Positions 19,973 to 27,829 of a stretch of DNA of 64,000 nt are shown in pieces. This stretch comes from an uncultured Chloroflexia bacterium. GTDB lineage: Bacteria > Chloroflexota > Limnocylindria > Limnocylindrales > CSP1-4. The stretch covers positions 872,652 through 936,651 of the forward strand of contig CAWEYB010000001.1 in assembly GCA_963813225.1 (NCBI GenBank), given 5' to 3'. The translations under genes were made by a program, and so were the position numbers. The notes beneath the pieces are model-generated. The model saw only the letters and a list, made by a program, of their open reading frames with translations, had not been told where the DNA came from and did no database searches. How positions within the stretch are numbered: the first letter of the stretch is position 1; every line of letters begins with the position of its first letter.

Positions 19973-21743
19973 CCAGGCGCTCGAACTCGGCGTCGAGCAG
20001 CCGGTGGAGGGCCTGTTGAGCGATCATCGGCCGCAGCGTGTGGTCGTGACCGGGAAGCTGCTCGAGCACGACGTTCGGCCACTGGTCGAGCCGGGCGAGG
20101 ATCCCGTCGGCCGCAAGCTCGTCGTAGACGGGCTCGTCGCTCGAGAACGCCAGCACGACCCGGGTCCCGAGAGATGACAAGGCATCGAACAGCCGGACGA
20201 CCGCATCGGCCGCGGGTTCGCCGGATCCGCGGTGACGCAGCCGGGCCGGCGCCCCCACGACCGCGCCTGCCGCTCGCCCGGCGACCGCCCGGGACACGGA
20301 GACCATCCGGGAGGCCCCGACCTCCCCGCGGGCGATCCTCGTCCAGAGAGCCGGTTCGAGCAGGCGCTGGACCTTGCGCGCCTCGCGGCGAGACAGGAGG
20401 TCCGGGTCCCAGATCATCGCGCGTGGGTTGATGATGAGCGCCGCCACGATGCGTCCGTCGGATGCCCCGGTGTGGAACGCCCAGTAACCCCCGGCACACA
20501 GCCCGACCAGCACGAACCGGGGCCCGAAACCGCGGCGCTCCAGGTCGTCGATGATCGCCCCGACCTGTGCCCCGAACTCCGCCGTGTAGAAGTTGCCGAC
20601 ATCGCGATACCGATCGGGGTCGCCGTCGGCGTCGCCGATCCCCTCCAGGTCCATCCGGATCATGGGCACGCCGCGCGCGCTCCAGCGGCGCGACGCCTCC
20701 ACCCACATCCGGTTCGGGCCGATCCGGCGGACGGCCCCCGCATTGAGGAAGATCGCACACAGATCCGACCGCGGCCCCTCGACGGGCTCGGCGAGCACGC
20801 CGAAGATCTGCCCGAACGGCTGCTCGATCCGGATCGCGGTCTCGCGGATGCGGACGCCAGCCTGGATCAGCTCGAGGCCATTCGAGGAGGCGGCGGTCGG
20901 ATCGGCCCCGTCCATCGCGACGGACGCAGGGATCGCCTCGTCGAGCCAGGCGGCCACGCGGTCGAACGTCGCGACCGCAGGCGCGTATCGCTCGGGATGG
21001 AAGACCATCTCGGTCCAGCCGTTGCCCGGCACGGTCGAGACGACGACGCCCTGCTGGCGCAGGTGCTCCTCGAGGGCCCGGTCGTGGCGGATCCCGTCGC
21101 GGTCGAGCAGGAGAGCGCGCTGGAGACGGCCGGTCGGCAGCGCCGTGAGATCGATCGCCTGGAGCGCGGCCATCGTGTCGGCGGACAGGACGAAACCGCC
21201 GACCTCAAGCCAGCCCTCGGGCAGTCCGGCCGCGATCTGCTCCTGGGTGAGACCGAGGGCCGAGCTCTGGAGGCCGGCGAATGCGCGCTGCTCGCGCAGG
21301 AAGGCGCGGCCCTGGACCGGGGCTCCCCACAGCACCAGGTCGTCGACCGGCGCTCCGTCGGCGATCGCCCTGGCCGCCACCAGCCCACCGAGCCCGAGAC
21401 CGATCGCGGCGACCCGCGAAACCCCCGGCTGGCCGGCAAGCCATCCGGCGGCGGCCGAGACGGCGCGGGTCCACGCCCCGAGACGATCCTCGTCGCCTGG
21501 TGACCCGCCGCTGTCGCCCGCGCCCGGGAGGTCGATCCGCAGGGTCGGGTGTCCGTCGGCTGCGAGCCGGTCCGCCCACGCCCGCCGGCTTCGGTAGGAC
21601 GCCACGTCGTCCCATCCCCAGGTGGGGCAGACGAGGACAGCCGTGCCCGACGCCGCACCCGACGCCGGCGCGTGATACATCGCAAAGACCCGATCGGGGG
21701 CGACCTCGAGGATGACCGGACGGGCCGGTGGCGGCGGCGTCAC
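19950..21743 (-). CDS. fused double alpha/beta-hydrolase-fold protein (last gene of the carrier-protein operon)
   Basis: 597 aa. GTG 21743 overlaps the GH2 stop (GTGA). The N-half elbow is IGLGLGG (no Ser). The C-half elbow is LVGLCAGGYWAF (Cys in the nucleophile position). From memory it resembles the exosortase-A-associated hydrolase 2 + hydrolase 1 families; HMM confirmation is needed. Confidence 0.65.
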   Translation of the reverse strand: MTPPPPARPVILEVAPDRVFAMYHAPASGAASGTAVLVCPTWGWDDVASYRSRRAWADRLAADGHPTLRIDLPGAGDSGGSPGDEDRLGAWTRAVSAAAGWLAGQPGVSRVAAIGLGLGGLVAARAIADGAPVDDLVLWGAPVQGRAFLREQRAFAGLQSSALGLTQEQIAAGLPEGWLEVGGFVLSADTMAALQAIDLTALPTGRLQRALLLDRDGIRHDRALEEHLRQQGVVVSTVPGNGWTEMVFHPERYAPAVATFDRVAAWLDEAIPASVAMDGADPTAASSNGLELIQAGVRIRETAIRIEQPFGQIFGVLAEPVEGPRSDLCAIFLNAGAVRRIGPNRMWVEASRRWSARGVPMIRMDLEGIGDADGDPDRYRDVGNFYTAEFGAQVGAIIDDLERRGFGPRFVLVGLCAGGYWAFHTGASDGRIVAALIINPRAMIWDPDLLSRREARKVQRLLEPALWTRIARGEVGASRMVSVSRAVAGRAAGAVVGAPARLRHRGSGEPAADAVVRLFDALSSLGTRVVLAFSSDEPVYDELAADGILARLDQWPNVVLEQLPGHDHTLRPMIAQQALHRLLDAEFERLVSAPADR

Positions 21744-24340
21744 GGCTCGTCGCGGGCGTCCCGGATGGCGACGCGTCCTGTGAGATTCACGGCCGTCAGC
21801 CCTCCGCCGGTCCAGTCCAGCCCGGGTCGCGTCGGGCGAAGGGTCACCTGCCGGACGCCGCCGGGCTCGATCGAGAATGCGTCATCCGACGGTACGTACC
21901 CGGGCGCGTGGATGCGCACCCCGTACGCGAGCCGGCGGCTCGTGACCGCCAGGCAGACCGAGCCGTCGGAGCCGCGGCGCGCGGACGCCGAGATGCCGAG
22001 CCGCTGTTCGGGTTCCGGAGACAGGGGTCGCCCGGCCGGGAAGTGGAACGACTGCGACAGCAGCTCCGGGCCATCCGCTCCGTCCCGCTCGAGGCTTGCC
22101 ACGATCGCATCCTGTGCCGGGGGGCCGAAGCGATACGCCCACGCCGCATCGACGAAGTGCCCGATGACGGCCTCGACGTCGCGATGGGTCGCGCCGTGGG
22201 GCGGCAGCTCGAGCTGTTCCTCGCCGCGCCCGACCGGCAATTCGAGGTCCGTGTACAGGGACACCCGCAGGCGCGCCGACATCGGGAGCGGCCCGTCGTT
22301 GGCGACGTGGGCGATGACGCCCCCGATCCCCTCGTCGATCAGCCAGACCGCCGTCGGCGCGAGGATCCGACGCAGGTAGTGATATGGGGTCTTCGGCCGG
22401 CCCAGGTTGTCGACGACGCCATAGCCGGCCCCGGCGACGAGATCGCGCAGCCACAGGATCATCCCGCCGCCAGATGGGGAGCCCGCCCTGCGCCACTCGC
22501 CGTAGACGTGGGTCATGACCTCGCCGGTGGCCAGCCGCGACAGCTCGAGATAGCGGTCGTAGGTGCCTCGGCGGAGCGTGCCGGCGTCCACGCCGAAGAC
22601 GACCTCGAGATAGTGGTCGCGCAGGTCGTCGAAGTCCCAGCCCGACCCGGCGTCCCGGGCCACGCCGGCCTTCCAGCGCGGGTGATGGACGAACGGCTCA
22701 CCGGGTGGCTCCGGGACCAGGGTCGCCAGCGCCTCGTCATCGGGGATGTTCGCGAAGGCCAGGCACTCCGCGGCGAACAGGATCCCGCTCGTCCGCGCGT
22801 CCGACAGGGGACCCCGATACCCGCCGACCCCGTAGTAGTTCGTGACGCCGTGATCGGGCCGCATCGGCAGGTCGCCACCGAACGGCGACGACGGCACGCA
22901 GATCGCGTCGAGACCGACCTCGGCGGCGATCCCCGGGACGACCTCGTCGTAGAAAGGGATCCGAGCGAGCCCCATGTCGAGTCCGAGCATCGCGACCTGC
23001 TGCTCGACCTCGCTGTTCCCGCACAGCACGGCCGAGCTCGGCCGGCCGGCCAGCCGGGTCGCGACGTCGCGCGCCTCGGCCGCGGCGACCCTCCCGAACC
23101 GCTCATCGCCGAACGGGTAGTCCATGCTCGCGAACATCAGGTCCTGCCAGACCAGCATCCCGAGCTCGTCGCACAGGTCGTGGAACGCGTCGCTCTCGTA
23201 CGGACCGAACCCCGGCAGGCGCAGCATGTTCATCCCGGCGGCCCGGGTGGTCTCGATGGCCTCGCGCAGCTGGCCGACCGACGGAGCGAGGCCAACGATG
23301 TCGAGGGGCGTCCACAGGGCGCCACGGGCGAAGATCGGCACCTCGTTCACGTGGACGAACAGGCCGTCCCGCTCGATATCGTGATCGGCCGTCGGACCCG
23401 CGGCCAGTGTCCGGAAGCCGACGCGGCCGGCATCGATCGTGACCGGCGCGTCATCGGGTCCCACGACGAGCCGGACGGTGTGGAGGGCCGGCTTCCCGTG
23501 CGTATGGGGCCACCAGCGCTCGACGTCCGGGATCCGGAGGATGCCCTCGAGTGACAGCGCATTCCCGTCGGGGGCGGCCTCGAGCGAAGCATGATGCAGA
23601 CCCGACGGCCCGTCGATCTCGATGAGCGCCTGCGCCACCGACGACTGGCCGATGGACCGCAGCCGCGCCGCCACGACGAGCACGCCGACGTCCCCGTCCA
23701 GCCGCGGTCGCAGCGACAGCGACTCGATGACGATGCCACGACGGCGTTCGAGCCGGACCGCGCGCCACGGCCCGACGGCGGCCGGACCGGGTGAGAACGA
23801 CGGGATCCGCCCGAGCAGCATCGTCCGGAACCAGCGCAGGTTGTTGTCGGCGACGAGGCGCGTGCGCCAGCGCGCGCGCGGCGTCCGCTTGACGGCCAGC
23901 TCCGGTCGGAGCGCGTGGAAGCGGATCGCCAGCTCGTTCCGGTCGAGCAGCCGGGACCCGATGTCGACGGCGTGGCGCGCGAACATCGAGTCGCTCTCGA
24001 GGATCAGCTCGCCGTTCAGGAACACGTCCGCGATCGTCGCCAGGCCGTCGAGACACAGCACGAGCTCCTCGTCGCCGCCGGCCGGGGCTGCCTCGAATGT
24101 CGTTCGGAACCACCAGTCCTGTGAATCGAGGTCGCCCGGCTCCCGGCCGGCGGCCCGGAGCGCCCCGGCGGCCGTGCCGGGAACCTCGGCAGGGATCCAG
24201 TCGAGTGCGTCGAGCGCATCGCGCGCGTCAGCCGGCCAAAGGCGACCGGGCTCGGCCGCCGCCGCCTGCCAGTCGCGGTCGAGCAGCAGCACCTCGTGGC
24301 CCGCGACGCGGGCCCGGGCGGGCGTCAGCGCGGCGGGCAT
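21740..24340 (-). CDS. glycoside hydrolase family 2, beta-mannosidase-like
   Basis: 866 aa from ATG 24340, 6 nt after the DUF1839 stop. LCGNSEVEQ (acid/base Glu context) and FAAECLAFANIPD (nucleophile Glu context). No signal peptide. The listed ORF extends to 24526, but that 5' part overlaps DUF1839. Confidence 0.75.
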   Translation of the reverse strand: MPAALTPARARVAGHEVLLLDRDWQAAAAEPGRLWPADARDALDALDWIPAEVPGTAAGALRAAGREPGDLDSQDWWFRTTFEAAPAGGDEELVLCLDGLATIADVFLNGELILESDSMFARHAVDIGSRLLDRNELAIRFHALRPELAVKRTPRARWRTRLVADNNLRWFRTMLLGRIPSFSPGPAAVGPWRAVRLERRRGIVIESLSLRPRLDGDVGVLVVAARLRSIGQSSVAQALIEIDGPSGLHHASLEAAPDGNALSLEGILRIPDVERWWPHTHGKPALHTVRLVVGPDDAPVTIDAGRVGFRTLAAGPTADHDIERDGLFVHVNEVPIFARGALWTPLDIVGLAPSVGQLREAIETTRAAGMNMLRLPGFGPYESDAFHDLCDELGMLVWQDLMFASMDYPFGDERFGRVAAAEARDVATRLAGRPSSAVLCGNSEVEQQVAMLGLDMGLARIPFYDEVVPGIAAEVGLDAICVPSSPFGGDLPMRPDHGVTNYYGVGGYRGPLSDARTSGILFAAECLAFANIPDDEALATLVPEPPGEPFVHHPRWKAGVARDAGSGWDFDDLRDHYLEVVFGVDAGTLRRGTYDRYLELSRLATGEVMTHVYGEWRRAGSPSGGGMILWLRDLVAGAGYGVVDNLGRPKTPYHYLRRILAPTAVWLIDEGIGGVIAHVANDGPLPMSARLRVSLYTDLELPVGRGEEQLELPPHGATHRDVEAVIGHFVDAAWAYRFGPPAQDAIVASLERDGADGPELLSQSFHFPAGRPLSPEPEQRLGISASARRGSDGSVCLAVTSRRLAYGVRIHAPGYVPSDDAFSIEPGGVRQVTLRPTRPGLDWTGGGLTAVNLTGRVAIRDARDEP

Positions 24341-24345
24341 CGCGG

Positions 24346-25320
24346 TCAGCGCAGGGCGTCGTCGAGCGAGCCGAGCGCCTCGGTCCACGCCTGGCTGAGC
24401 ATATGCATCGACTCGCTCGGGTCGAATGGCCGACGCCGCGCGAGCTTGAAGCCGAGCAGCTTGCAACCCTCGACGATCCGGCCCATCGCCTCCGCCGCGG
24501 GGGTGCTCCGTTCGCCGAGCAGCCACTCGGCGTGCGACGCCAGCAGCTCGAACCCGGCGCCCGCCATCCGGAAGGTGGCGAACGTGAAGGCGTGATAGCG
24601 AGCTTCGTCGCCCTCGAGGAGCGACGGCAGGTCGGCCGTCAATCGCGCCGCGAACCGATCGAAGGGGTTGCCCGGCGGGACGCGATCGAGATGGTGCCGG
24701 AGCAGGCCGCGGGCGACCTCGTGCAGCTCCGGGTCGCGGATGGCCGGCCCGGCGTCGAACCGGATCAGCTCCGTATACGGCGGCAGGACGTCGGGCGACC
24801 AGTCCTGCCCGGTCCGGAACGCACCCCGGAAGTCCTCACCCGCGAGCTCGTAGAGCGATGCGTTGTGGTAGTAGCGGAAGATCTCCAGCTCGAGGTCGAT
24901 CGCCTCGGCGATCACGCCGGTCTTCACGTGCCCGGTCCGATAGCTCGTCGCGGCCGTGTCCGGGAGATACCAGCCGTCGAGCTCGATCGTCATCGTCCGA
25001 CCCAGGGCCAGCTGCTCAGCGACCTGGTGGGGGATGGACCGATACGGCTGGATCTCGTGGATGTCGAGGCCGTACAGGAGCTCCATGTCCTCCGGTCGCG
25101 GCTTGAAGAACGTCCACTGGTCGTTCTCGAAGTCCATCCGCACGAACGACCCGAAGGACGCCACCGGCTCGTCACCACGGGCGTGGAGGAGCTCGCTGAT
25201 GATGTCGGTGAAGCAGTTCGTCTCGAGATAGTTCCGCTCGCCCGTGTGGATCGCGTGCGGGCGGTACGTCGCGGGATCGTGGCCGAAGAGGCTGACCATC
25301 GTCGAGGCCACGGAGCTCAC
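24346..25320 (-). CDS. DUF1839-family protein
   Basis: 324 aa. GTG 25320 overlaps the ligase stop (GTGA). HTGERNYLETNCFTDIISELLHARG...DFENDQWTFFKPRPEDMELLYG matches my recollection of DUF1839 proteins that accompany aa:carrier-protein ligases. Confidence 0.55.
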   Translation of the reverse strand: MSSVASTMVSLFGHDPATYRPHAIHTGERNYLETNCFTDIISELLHARGDEPVASFGSFVRMDFENDQWTFFKPRPEDMELLYGLDIHEIQPYRSIPHQVAEQLALGRTMTIELDGWYLPDTAATSYRTGHVKTGVIAEAIDLELEIFRYYHNASLYELAGEDFRGAFRTGQDWSPDVLPPYTELIRFDAGPAIRDPELHEVARGLLRHHLDRVPPGNPFDRFAARLTADLPSLLEGDEARYHAFTFATFRMAGAGFELLASHAEWLLGERSTPAAEAMGRIVEGCKLLGFKLARRRPFDPSESMHMLSQAWTEALGSLDDALR

Positions 25321-26246
25321 GGCCACAGCTCCGCGCGCACCTCGGGCGGCCACGCCCGTGGGTCGAGGCCGTGAGCCCGGAACAGGGCGAGCGTGACCCG
25401 CTCGATCCCGAATGCGACGCAGCCGGTGTGGGCGATGCCACCGCCTTCGAGGCCGATCTCGTAGACCTGGGTGAAATGGTCCTGGTGATAGTTGAAGGAG
25501 GCGATCGCCGTCGGCTCCGGTCCGCCGACCATCGCGACGAGCTCGAACTTGAGCTCCTGCTCCTTCTGGTTCGCGGCCAGCATCCGACCGACGCGGCCGA
25601 AGAAGGGATCCGACGCGATCTCGGACTCCGCGACGAGCCCGAGCCGCCCGAACAGGCTGAGCGTCCGCTCGAGCCAGGCGTCGCGGAAGGTCGCGACGTC
25701 GGCGGGATCGCCGATCCGGACGAACTCGCGCATGTGGAACGAGCGCATCCGGGCGGGATCGCCCGACGGCTCGTTGCGGAAGACCCACGCGCTGCCGGTG
25801 TCGACGATCACGCCGTCCCGGGGCAGGGGACCGCGGCGGGCGATCTGTGGATAGACCGGGTAGCAGGCCGCGGGGAGGAGGACCGCGTCGGTCTTCGACT
25901 GGAACTCGCTCCAGTCCTCATGACGCGCCGCGCGCCCCTCGAGCTCGAGTGCCTGGGCGTCGTTGCCCTCGAACGAGAAGACACTCCCGGCCAGGTGGGG
26001 GAACGACGACAGGTAGCCGTTCTTCTCGATCTCGAACGTCGAGGTCAGCGGCGGGAACCGCATCGATTCGACCGGGTCCGAGCCCGACGCCCTGGTGACC
26101 GCGGCGGTGAACGCCTCGCGCACGTCGTCGAATGCGGGGCCCTGGCCAAGCAGGCCGGGCGCGCCGGTCTCCAGGAGCAGGCCGGCGTCGATCAGCGAGG
26201 CGAGGAAGGCGGCCTGCTCCGGGCTGGCCTCGCGATAGGTCGCCAC
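25317..26246 (-). CDS. amino acid--[acyl-carrier-protein] ligase (truncated class II SerRS-like catalytic core)
   Basis: 309 aa with no tRNA-binding arm. Class II core strands are present, with putative Zn ligands in LLPAACYPVYP, MREFVRIG and AHTGCVAFGIERV. It is flanked by carrier-protein, ACAD and DUF1839 genes, as in Bradyrhizobium/Agrobacterium. Confidence 0.75.
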   Translation of the reverse strand: MATYREASPEQAAFLASLIDAGLLLETGAPGLLGQGPAFDDVREAFTAAVTRASGSDPVESMRFPPLTSTFEIEKNGYLSSFPHLAGSVFSFEGNDAQALELEGRAARHEDWSEFQSKTDAVLLPAACYPVYPQIARRGPLPRDGVIVDTGSAWVFRNEPSGDPARMRSFHMREFVRIGDPADVATFRDAWLERTLSLFGRLGLVAESEIASDPFFGRVGRMLAANQKEQELKFELVAMVGGPEPTAIASFNYHQDHFTQVYEIGLEGGGIAHTGCVAFGIERVTLALFRAHGLDPRAWPPEVRAELWP

Positions 26247-26249
26247 GAC

Positions 26250-27423
26250 CTAGACGTCCTTGGCGATGAGCAGCAGGCTGGCGTTCGTCTGGTGGATACG
26301 GTCGTTGGCGACCATCAGGCAGGCCGACATGGTGTCGCGCAGGTGCCGGCCGACGCTGAACGGGGTGTCGTTCTTGTAGCCGACGATCCCGCACACGCTC
26401 ATCGCCCCCTGGCACACGCGCGGAGCCTGCTCCGACGCCGCGATCTTCAGGTTGTTGAAGCGCAGGATCGTCGCCATCGTGGACAGTCGCTCGCGGTCGC
26501 CGACCGAGGCATCGCCGAAGTCACGCAGGCCCGTGTAGACCTCCGCGCGCAGCAGTGACAGCTCGCTCATGAGCTGGGACAGGCGGACGGCCGTGGGCGG
26601 GAGCTGGTCCGGCCGCCCCTTGGCCGAGGCGCGCACGAAGGCACGTGCCCGATCGAAGGCGTCGGTCGCGATGCCGAGCCACAGGTGCGACCACAGGATG
26701 TGTGAGATCGGCACCATCGATTCGGTCCCGACCGTCGAGAACGGGACCGGCAGCACCTGGTCGCTCGGGAACGTCGCGCGGACGACGTAGCCGGGCGAGC
26801 ACGTGCCGCGCATGCCCATCGGATCCCAGGTGCCCATCTGCTCGAGCGTGAACTGCTCGCGGTGGGTCAGGACGACGACCTGGTCGCCGGGCTCAGCGTC
26901 GGGTGCCCTGCGGAGGGTGGTCAGCAGGTCGTCGGCATAGGCTCCGTACGAGACGGTCGGCGCCTGCTTCTCGAACGTGGACAGGCCGTCCTCGCCGGGC
27001 GTGACGGCCGCGATCGACTTCCCGAGGTCGCCGCCGGTGCCGATCTCGGACGTGACCGACGCGACCAGGCGCTGATCCCGGGCGACGTCGCGGAGGTAGT
27101 CCTCGAACCACGGCGCACCATCGACGTGCCGCACGATCGAGGCGATCTGGATCTGGTGCATCGCGAAGACCATCGCGCTCGCGCCGCACCGACGCCCGAG
27201 CTCGAAGCAGGCCGCCGCGATCGTCTCGAGCGAGACGCCGCCGCCGCCGTACTCGGTCGGGATCATCGCCGACAGGGCGCGCTCGGCGCGAAGGGCATCG
27301 ATCGACTCGATCGGGAAGCGCGCCTGGCGGTCGACATCGTCGGCATGGGGTGCCGCGGCCTCATCGGCGATGCGGCGGATCGACGTCGAGGAACTCCTGG
27401 TCGAGATCGACGGCGATGCTCAT
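26250..27423 (-). pseudogene. acyl-CoA dehydrogenase-family protein; +1 frameshift near 27381 in codon ~14
   Basis: ATG 27423 overlaps the carrier-protein stop (ATGA). It reads MSIAVDLDQEFLDV, then after one extra base IRRIADEAAAPHADDVDRQARFPIESIDALRAERALSAMIPTEYGGGG...AMHQIQ... Confidence 0.8.
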
Positions 27424-27683
27424 GCTGCCGCGACTCGGAGCTCGTCGAGGGCCGCCGCGATCGCGGAGACGCTCTGGAAGACGCTTCGCTTGAGCATCGA
27501 ATCCGGGAATTCGACGTCGAACTCGGCCTCGAGTCCGAGCATCAGGTTGACGCTCGCGTGCGACGTCATGCCCGCCTGGAAGAGATCTGCATCGTCCCCG
27601 ATCGATGCGATATCCACCGGCAGATGCCCGTGCTCGCGGATGACCTGCCGGATCCGGTCCCTCGGACCAGATGTCTCGTTCAC
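27420..27683 (-). CDS. acyl/aminoacyl carrier protein
   Basis: About 87 aa. GTG 27683 is preceded by GGGAGA. A four-helix ACP-like pattern has the candidate phosphopantetheine Ser in DLFQAGMTSHASVNLMLGLE (T-S-H instead of the canonical D-S-L). Confidence 0.75.
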   Translation of the reverse strand: MNETSGPRDRIRQVIREHGHLPVDIASIGDDADLFQAGMTSHASVNLMLGLEAEFDVEFPDSMLKRSVFQSVSAIAAALDELRVAAA

Positions 27684-27829
27684 CAACACTTCTCCCACTA
27701 GAAGAAACCCCCGTGTCGACCGAGCATACGACAGCCGCGCGCGAATGGGCGAGCACGAGGTTGCCCCCACGCACCACATGACGCGAGGCCGACGGGGGCC
27801 CGTCCGCGCCGCGCAGCTGAGGCTTCCGA

